This document shows positions 17,226-25,800 of a stretch of 38,183 nt of DNA, in pieces. The stretch comes from a virus (Duplodnaviria > Caudoviricetes). The notes under the pieces were generated by a model. It saw nothing but the letters and a program-made list of their open reading frames with translations. It was not told where the DNA came from and searched no databases. Position 1 is the first letter of the stretch, and every line of letters begins with the position of its first letter. The stretch is from positions 1-38,183 of IMG/VR virus record IMGVR_UViG_3300028743_000015, one strand, 5' to 3'. The translations under genes and the position numbers were made by a program.

Positions 17226-17719
17226 GCGCGTCGAGCGTAGGGGCGCTCGGGTCGGCTGTGGGCAGCATTTTTGCCGCGCAGTCAGACCGCATCAACCTCA
17301 ACCTGCAAGCCCGCATCGCCGATATCAACGCGTCCATGGCGCAGGATAACGCGCGCGCGGCTTTACAGCAGGGTGATACGCAGATTACCCAAAGCCGATA
17401 TCAAACCGGTATGCTCAAGGCAAAGCAGGTGGCCGCCACCGCTGCCAATGGCGTTGTGGTGGGTGATGGCTCTGCGCTCAATAACCTCATTTCGACCGAT
17501 GTTATGGGCGAGATTGACGCGAACACGATCCGGCAGAATGCGGTTCGCGCAGCGGCGGGCTACCGCACGCAGGCGACGGATTTCAGCAACACCGCGCTTA
17601 TGAAGCGCACCGCAGCCAATTCGATCAGCCCGTTTGTATCGGGTCTTACCTCGCTGGCCACATCATCTTCAAAAGTGTCGGGAGATTGGCTGGCATTGGC
17701 TAGGGCAGGAGCGATCTAA
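17165..17719 (+). CDS. Small ejection protein (internal virion protein B, T7 gp14-like)
   Basis: MC N-terminus, Ala/Gly/Ser-rich, AATAANGVVVGDGSA motif; position. Confidence 0.75.
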   Translation: MCVSNSGGKSTAGTASQLSLGASSVGALGSAVGSIFAAQSDRINLNLQARIADINASMAQDNARAALQQGDTQITQSRYQTGMLKAKQVAATAANGVVVGDGSALNNLISTDVMGEIDANTIRQNAVRAAAGYRTQATDFSNTALMKRTAANSISPFVSGLTSLATSSSKVSGDWLALARAGAI

Positions 17720-19881
17720 TGGCGGAAGTTCCCTCTTACGGCGGCTTTAGGGCCGCGCCGCAAGGGCCTTCGGGCGCCTTTCTCACGGTGCCCGACGCGA
17801 CCGGCTTTGACCAGCCGTTGAAAGATTTGTCGCGCGCTAGTGACGCGGCATTTGCCGCAGGGCACCAGATTGCCGACGTGGTGCTCAAGGCGCAGCACGA
17901 CGCCAATCAGGTGCATGTCATGGATGCGACCAATCAGGGGCGCGAGGCAGCCCTTACCCTGACCTATGATCCGCAACAGGGGTATACCAACGTCAAGGGC
18001 AAGGACGTGCTCCCCACCGGGGGAACTCCCCTCGCGGTGGACTATGCCGGGCGCTACAAGGAAACACTGCGCTCTATCGCTGGTGGCCTTACCAACGACG
18101 AGCAACGCCAGCTTTTCGCGCAGCAATCGGCGCAGCTTATGAGCAGCTTCGAGGCGGGGGCTTTCGAACACGAGCAGCGCGAATGGCAAACATATTCGCA
18201 ATCGGTGTTTGATGGCGCTACGAAAATTTCCACCGAAAGCATTAAGAAAAACTACAGCAACCCCGCGATGATCGACACCGAAGTCGAGAATATCCGGGCG
18301 TCGGTGGCGGCCTCGGGCAAGCACCTCGGGCTGTCGGGCAACGATATCACCTACGCGCAGAACGCCAAGGTCAGCGGCGCGGTGACCGGCGCGATTGCCC
18401 AGGCGCTCGAAGCGCGCGACACGACCACGGCCAATGCCCTTTACCAGCGCTATAAATCCCACCTCGTTGCGGACGATGACCTAAGGGTTAAAGGCACTTT
18501 GCAGCAGGAAACGGCGGCTGGTGCGATCATGCAGGCGGCTGATATTGCCGACGGGATCGCGGCTGCACCGTCCACCACCACCGGTGGCGGGAAGGCCATT
18601 TTACCCGTTGCGGGCGCACGGATTACTTCGCGGTTTGGTGACGCCCGTGAAGGCGGCAAGACACACGAGGGGGCCGACCTTGCGGTGCCGGTGGGCACGC
18701 CGGTCAAGGCGCCCATGGCGGGCAAGGTCATTCGCGTGTGGGAGGATGCCGAGAACGGCAAGGCCGTGCGTATCCAGTTCTCTGACGGGTCGGTAGGGGG
18801 CTTCGCGCATCTTTCCGAGCAGGGCGTGCAGAATGGTGACCCCGTGACGCAGGGCCAAGTATTCGCCAAGTCTGGCAACACCGGTCACTCGACCGGGCCA
18901 CATTTGCACTACCGTCTTGAAAAGGGCGGGCAGCCAATTGACCCGCTTGCGGCTGGCGGAGGTGGCCCCGCTGTTGCGGCGCGCGCGGCGACGCTTGACG
19001 ATATGTGGGCCACCGCGCGCGCGGCGCTCGTGCAGCAAATGCCCGATCCGCGCCCAGAGGATATTCGCGCCCTGCGCGCCGAGGTCGATGCGCGATGGAA
19101 CCTGCACCAGAAGTCGAAAGCGGATAACGAGGACCAAGCCCTTGCTGGCGTCTATCGAGAGCTGGCGGGCAACGGGGGGAGCTATCTGGCGCTCTCGCCT
19201 TCCCAGCGTGCGGCTATTCCCGCCGACAAGCTGCCCAAGGTCATGGCCTTCGCCTCGGCTGCGCGCACCGCATTTGACCACGAGACGGGCGCGCAGGGTA
19301 TGGCCACCTATGCCCAGCTCGTGAGCGACCCACAGAAGCTCGCGGCCATGGGCGACGCGGACTTCCTGCATTTGCAGACGCAGTTTTCAAAGGCGGACTT
19401 TGGCCAGCTTGCGCGCGAACGCGGCAACCTGCGCCTTACGCTTGCCAAGGGCGTAGCCGCAGCAGCCAAGGACGCGGCGACGCTGAACCGCGAGGGGGCC
19501 AACCGCGCGGTCAATGAGCGACTTTTGTCGCTTGGCCTCTCCGCCAACCCCAAGCCCGACGACAATGACGCGCCGCGCGTGGCGGCTATTCGCATGACGG
19601 TCGACCGCGCGCTGCTATCGGCGCAGGCGGGGCTTGGGCGCAGGCTCACCGATGCCGAGACAGCGCAGACCGTGGACCGGCTGTTCACGGCCAATGCAAC
19701 GGGGTCGGGCTGGTTTAGCGCATATCAGGCGCCCGCGTTCTCTATTGGCAAGGGTAGCATCCCGAGCGTGGACCGCGAGGCCATCCGCCAATCGTTCGCT
19801 GCGAGGGGTAACCCCAACCCAACTGACGCAGACGTTCTCGCCGCTTGGTATGCCAAGAATACGACAGGACAACAGAAATAA
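17719..19881 (+). CDS. Middle ejection protein with inserted M23 metallopeptidase domain
   Basis: Helical Ala/Gln-rich flanks; M23 at about 18601-18948 with HEGAD (HxxxD) and STGPHLHY (HxH). Confidence 0.88.
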   Translation: MAEVPSYGGFRAAPQGPSGAFLTVPDATGFDQPLKDLSRASDAAFAAGHQIADVVLKAQHDANQVHVMDATNQGREAALTLTYDPQQGYTNVKGKDVLPTGGTPLAVDYAGRYKETLRSIAGGLTNDEQRQLFAQQSAQLMSSFEAGAFEHEQREWQTYSQSVFDGATKISTESIKKNYSNPAMIDTEVENIRASVAASGKHLGLSGNDITYAQNAKVSGAVTGAIAQALEARDTTTANALYQRYKSHLVADDDLRVKGTLQQETAAGAIMQAADIADGIAAAPSTTTGGGKAILPVAGARITSRFGDAREGGKTHEGADLAVPVGTPVKAPMAGKVIRVWEDAENGKAVRIQFSDGSVGGFAHLSEQGVQNGDPVTQGQVFAKSGNTGHSTGPHLHYRLEKGGQPIDPLAAGGGGPAVAARAATLDDMWATARAALVQQMPDPRPEDIRALRAEVDARWNLHQKSKADNEDQALAGVYRELAGNGGSYLALSPSQRAAIPADKLPKVMAFASAARTAFDHETGAQGMATYAQLVSDPQKLAAMGDADFLHLQTQFSKADFGQLARERGNLRLTLAKGVAAAAKDAATLNREGANRAVNERLLSLGLSANPKPDDNDAPRVAAIRMTVDRALLSAQAGLGRRLTDAETAQTVDRLFTANATGSGWFSAYQAPAFSIGKGSIPSVDREAIRQSFAARGNPNPTDADVLAAWYAKNTTGQQK

Positions 19882-22800
19882 TGCCGGGTAATCCCTATGA
19901 CGACGCGGTAGCGCAGGTGATGGGCGTGCAACAGTCTGGGGCCAGTGCTGCCCTGTCTAACGCGGCCAGCCTCGACCCGGACACCGAAGCGCGCAACCGG
20001 CAGCTCGCGCGCACTACGGGCCTGCCGATGCCGACAGTCCGCAACATGCCCAAGGAAGCAGAGGTTGCCGCTCGGCAGCAGGCAGCGCGCGATTTTCCGG
20101 TGCTATCTGCCTTGGCGTCGTCGCCGAAGACCGCGACGTGGGTCGCGCAGGGCGACAATGCGGCGGTGTCGCATGACGACGTTTGGACGCTCGCGGGCAT
20201 TGGCAAACAGCTAAGCGAGGCTGCAAGTGATTTCACCCCAAGAAACCTTGGTAAATCTTTGCTCGCTGGGCTCTACAGCACGGCGAGCGGCGTGGCCGGG
20301 GGAGTTCGTGGCGCGGAAGATTTCGCGGATAAATACGATCCATTTTCCTATCTCGACCGGGCAGTGCTGGGGCGATCCTTGCACAGCATCGTTGCCGACC
20401 GGCTTGCGGGCGAAGGGCGGCAACTGTCAGATTTAGCCGCCGCGTCCCGGCCAAAAGCCAAATCGCAATTTGGGCAAGATGTGCTGTCGGGGGTAGAAAG
20501 TATCCCCGGTTCGCTTGCGGCGATGGGAGTGACTGCCGCCACCGGCAACCCCTTCGCGGGCGCGGCGGTGCTCGGCGGGGTCACAGGCGGGCAGTCTTAC
20601 GCGCAGGCGCGCGACCAAGACGGCATGACGCTGGAAGGCGGGCTTACGAAATCCGCCATCGACGCGGCTATCGAAACCGCTACCGAGATAATCCCCGAGA
20701 AGTCCGTTGCTAAATTCACCCACGGAAAGAGTGGATTTGGCAAGTTCATGTTTGAGCTGGTCGGCGGCGAGGTGTTGGGCGAACAGGTCGCGACGCTGGG
20801 GCAGGATTATAACCAATGGGTTATGGCGGACCAGAACAAGGGCAAGACCTTTGACCAATACACCAGCGAGATTGTTCCCCACGCGATCTCGACGCTAACC
20901 GCGACCCTCACCACCGCCGGAGCCATGGGCAGTTTCGCGGGGGCCTTGCGCACGGTCGACCGGGTTTCGGGCCGCGCCGTCGTGCGCGAGGAACGCGCAG
21001 CGCAAGCCGAGGCCGCCGCGCAGCACTTCGACGACCTTGCAAAACTCGCGGAGGCATCAAGGCTGCGCGAGCGTGATGCAGTGAGCTTTCACGATTTTGT
21101 GCAGCACGCGGCGGAAGACGGCCCGGTCGAGGCGGTCTATGTCAGCCCCGAAAAGCTGGGTGAAGCTCTCAACCAGAGCGGACTTGATCCCGAACAGGCA
21201 CAGGCGGCGCAGGCCGCCGTTGCTCCGCATGTCGCCGAGGCGTTGGCCAACGGCACTGACGTTCGCTTGCCGGTGGCGGATTTCGCCACATACATTGCGC
21301 CCACCGCCGCAGGTAAGGCGCTGCTCGACCACCTCAAGGCCGACCCGGACGGGATGAGCCGCGAGGAGGCCAAGCAGTGGATGGAAACCAAGGGCGATGA
21401 CCTCAGGCGCGAGGTCGAGCAGACCCTTGCCGAGCATTTGGCGGACGCGCAGTTTCGCGCCTCGGGCGAAGTGGTGCAAGCCAAGATCGCCGAGCAGCTC
21501 CACAATGCCAACCGATTTACGCGCGAGGTGAACGAGACGAACGCCACCGGTATGGCGGCGTTCTATTCGACCATGGCAGCACGTATGGGGCTCACGCCCG
21601 AACAGCTCTACGAGCGTATGCCCATTCGCATCCAAGCCGAACCGGTGGCGGGTGAGGCGCTTTCGCAGCGAGACACACGCGTTGCAAGCGCTATTGAACA
21701 GGGGTATCTTACCCCCGCCAAATGGGAGGCGTTGACAGATGCTCGACTTGGACAAACTGGCGGACATGTTGACGCCCGAGGAAATGGCGCAAGTGCGGGT
21801 GAACATGGACGCACGAACCAAGTTCAACCGGAAGAATTGGGGCGCCAAGGTGGACAAGGCGAAGGACAGCGAAACGCTACGCCGACTGGCACGCAATTTG
21901 CCGACGCCGACCGAGGCGGACTTGCCACCTTCTATCACGGCACGCGCGATAGCATCGGGGGCTTTGACCTTGGACACCCCAACCGAAAAGATGCCGGGTG
22001 GCTCGGGCGAGGGGTCTACCTAACCAATGACCCGGTGCTCGCGCGCAACTATGCCGAGCGCAAGAAAGGCCCCGGTGCGCCGACGGTTCTGCCGCTGCAC
22101 ATCAAGCTTGAAAACCCTTATCACGCGACCTCTGCCGAGAAGCAGGGGCTACGGTTTAGCGCGCCGGAGGAAATAGCCCGATGGACCGACCGGCTTATCG
22201 CCAAGGGCCACGACGGCGTGGTGCTCGACCTTGGCAATGGAACCCACGAAATCGCGGTGTTTGACCCCGCCAACATCCGTTCGCCCGAAGCAGAGTTTGA
22301 CCCCGCCAAGTCCCATAGCAATGACCTGCTGGCACAGTCCCCGTTTTACTCTCCGCTTGAGCGCGCGGTCGAGCAAAGCAAAACTGCTAAGGCATCGGGC
22401 CAGCAGTGGCTGGCTACACTATCAAAAGCAGCGGGCGTAAAGAAAGAAGAGCTGGAATGGACGGGGCTGCCCGAGTGGCTGACCTCGCGCGAGGTAGCGT
22501 TTACACGCGACGAGGTGCAAGCCTTCGTGCGCGCAGGTGGCGTCCAAGTCGACGAGGTTGTGCTCGGCGGTGTTGACCAGGCGGCGGTTGCTGAGCGAGC
22601 CGGTGAGTTGCGGCAGGAGTATATCGAAGAGCAACTGCGCGAATTTGACGAGGAGTATAGCGACGAGTATGTTGACTACCCCCATATCGCCGAGGAAGAA
22701 GACGAGGACGGCAACCCCGTCTACGAAGTGGGCGGCGAGACCTACGGTATTTTAGAAGCCGCGCAGGACGCCGCCGATAGTCTGCACGACGAGCTGCGCG

Positions 22801-25800
22801 CGGAACACTACCAAGACGCCCGCAGCAACGCCGAAGGCGACGCCGAGCGCGCGGCGGACCAGCAAGATTTTGAACACGACGCCCGCAGTGAACAGGGCAG
22901 CGGCAACACACTGTTCGAGCAGTATGCAGAGAAGGGCGGCGAGGAATACCGCGAACTTTTGATAACGCTGCCGGAAGGCACGGCGGGCAACCCCGGGGAT
23001 GCCTATTACCACAGCGAGCATTTTAGCGACCACCCCGTCGTTGCTCATATCCGTTTCAAGACCCGCCAGAGCACTGACGGCAAGAGCGTTATGTTCGTCG
23101 AGGAAGTGCAGAGCGACTGGCACCAGCAGGGGCGGGATAAGGGCTACAAGGAGAAGGAGAGCCCGCAGGCGGTTGCCGAGGCTCTGGCGCGTTACCAAGA
23201 AGCTGAAAAGCGGCTTGGGGACACCGTGGACGACACTCGGCGCTATGCCTTGGCCCTTGTCGATGCGGTGTCTGAAAAAGACCTGCCTTACGCCGCGTGG
23301 CGCGATGCAACGCGTTCTGGCCTGGTCGGCGCGGGGGCGTATCTTGTGCGCACCACGGCGCGCGACATAATCGTCGGCGCGCAGGATTTGGGTCTCTCCG
23401 CTAACGAGAACCTAGAGAAGTTGGAGCGTCAATTCGACTTGCTCCGTGACGCCGAGCACGCGAGCGACGAGGCCCATAGCGATCTCACCAAAATCAAAAA
23501 CCCGCGCGGCATACCCAACGCGCCCTTCAAGTCCTCTTGGCCCGCCCTCGCCATGAAACGCGCCATTCGTTGGGCCGCCGATAACGGCATCCCCCAAATA
23601 GCTTGGACCACCGGCAAGCAGCAGAGCGAGCGTTACAATCTCGGTGCGACCACGGGCGACCTCGTTGTGGCGCCGCGTAACGACGACAAATTCAATGTCG
23701 AGATGAACAGCCAAGCCGCGCAGGTGCTGGAAAATAACCAGCTAGCTTCGGTGCAGGGCAGCGGCCCCTATGGCCGCCACGTCACACGCATGACTGCGGA
23801 GCAGGTTAAGCAGGCCTTCGGCGCGGACGTGGCGCGCAAGGTGGCGGAGGGCGTTGGCGCCGCGCATACGCCCGAACAAAAGGCGCAGCGAGTAGAACTC
23901 GAAAATAGAAAAGCGGCGGCTGACAAGGCAGAAACCGAAGCCCTGCACGCGGCGTTGGCGGCTCCAGCAAGCGAGCAGGCCGCGCGCGATGAAGCCTATG
24001 CGAATGCCCAGCAGGCGCGCAATGCCGCAGTGCGGGCGCTGGACGCTTTCGACAGGACCAACCCCGGTTCGTTCACCCTGTCTGGTCACGACCTCAATGT
24101 CGGCGGCGAGGGTATGCGCGCGTTCTACGACCGCAACCTTGTTAACATCACCAACGACATTATCAAACGCTATGGCGGCAAGGTCGGGCCGGTGGCGATT
24201 GAAGGTATGGCGCATTATACGCCCGACGACACCGCAGCAGTCGCCGCCGCCCAAGACAAGCTGCGGGTGGTAACGAACGAAATCACACAGGCCGGTATCG
24301 TGCCGTCAATTACAGACGCCCAACTCGACGCCGCTATTGCCGACAAGAAGGCGGAGGCCGAAAGCCGCTTGGCGCGGTGGAAAGCCTATGCCGAGCAGCA
24401 CCCCTCCTCGGCCGATTTGGCGCGGCAACAAGTCGCGCACCTTGAGAACCAAATACACCTTTTCAGCGACAAGGGCCGGGTGGAGGATATGCTCGCCACT
24501 TGGCGGCAGGCCAATGCGGAACTGGCCGAAGCGCAGGGCCGTGCGCAAGGAAACCCCGGCTTTGAAATCACGCCCCAGCTTGCCAAAGCGGCACAGGAAG
24601 GGTTCGCGCTATTCCAGCAGAACCGGGGGGCTTACTCGCCCGCGACCGATACGATTACGCTTCTCAAGCGGGCGGACCTCTCGACCTTCCTGCATGAGAG
24701 CGGGCATTTCTATCTCGAAGCCTTCGACCGTCTGGCCGCTGACCCCAGCGCGCCGCAGGATATTCGCGACGATTTTGACGCTATCTTGAAGTGGTTCGCT
24801 ATCCCCGGCGGGTCGGCGCAGGAGCGCGCGGCCAATTGGCGCGGCATGTCGCTCGAACAGAAGCGGGCAAGCCACGAGAAGTGGGCGCAGGGCTACGAGG
24901 CATATCTCTTCACCGGCAAGGCCCCCTCGATCAAGCTGCAAGCGATATTCCAACGCTTCCGCGCGTGGATGATCTCGGTATACAAGAGCGCGCTCAACAT
25001 CGGCGTCAAGCCAACGCCCGCCATCCGCAGCGTCATGGACCGGATGCTGGCCACGGCTGACGAGATTGCTGAGGCCGAACAGGCCCGCTCCATGCTGCCC
25101 TTGTTTTCCGACCGCGAGGCGTCGGGCATGGATGAGAATAGCTGGCGCGAATACCAGGCGCGTGGCCTCGAAGCCTCACAAGACGCGATCAGCGAGCTAG
25201 AGACCAAAGCCTTGCGCGATATGCAGTGGATGCGCAATGCCCATGGCCGGGAGCTGCGCAAGTTGCAACAACAGGCCAAGGCAACCCGCGCCGCGACCCA
25301 TAAGGCCGTCACCGCGCAGGTGCAAGCCGAGCCGGTCTATCGCGCAATCGACTTCCTCAAGCACGGGCGCATCGACGGGCAGAAGATCGATAGCCCGCAT
25401 CGCTTTTCCATCGCCGAAATCGAAGCACTCTACCCCGACGCGGCCACCCGCGATTTCGTCAAAGGTAAGCTGGGCTATGGCGCCTATGGGATGCTGGGTG
25501 AGGGTGAGGCTGTGCACCCCGAGCAGGTGGCCGAGCTGTTCGGCTTTACCAGCGCCGACCACCTCATCCGCTCGATTATCGACGCCGAGCCAATGAAGGA
25601 CCGGATCGCGGGTCTCACCGAACAGCGCCTGCTCGAAGAGCATGGCGACCTGACCGACCCGCGAGCGATTGCCGAGGCCGCCGATAAAGCCATCCATAAT
25701 GAGGCGCGTGCGCGTTTCGTGGCGACCGAATTGGCGGCTCTGGGCAAGGCCACCGGTAAGCCCAAGATTTTGACGCAGGCGGCGCGCAGCTACGCCCGCG

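Noticed and set aside
22999-25596. Other alternative-frame ORFs in the giant gene (22999-23370, 24337-24789, 25237-25596)
   Set aside because: Arg/Pro/Ser-rich off-frame composition with no SD, promoter or codon-bias switch, unlike 21739-22023.
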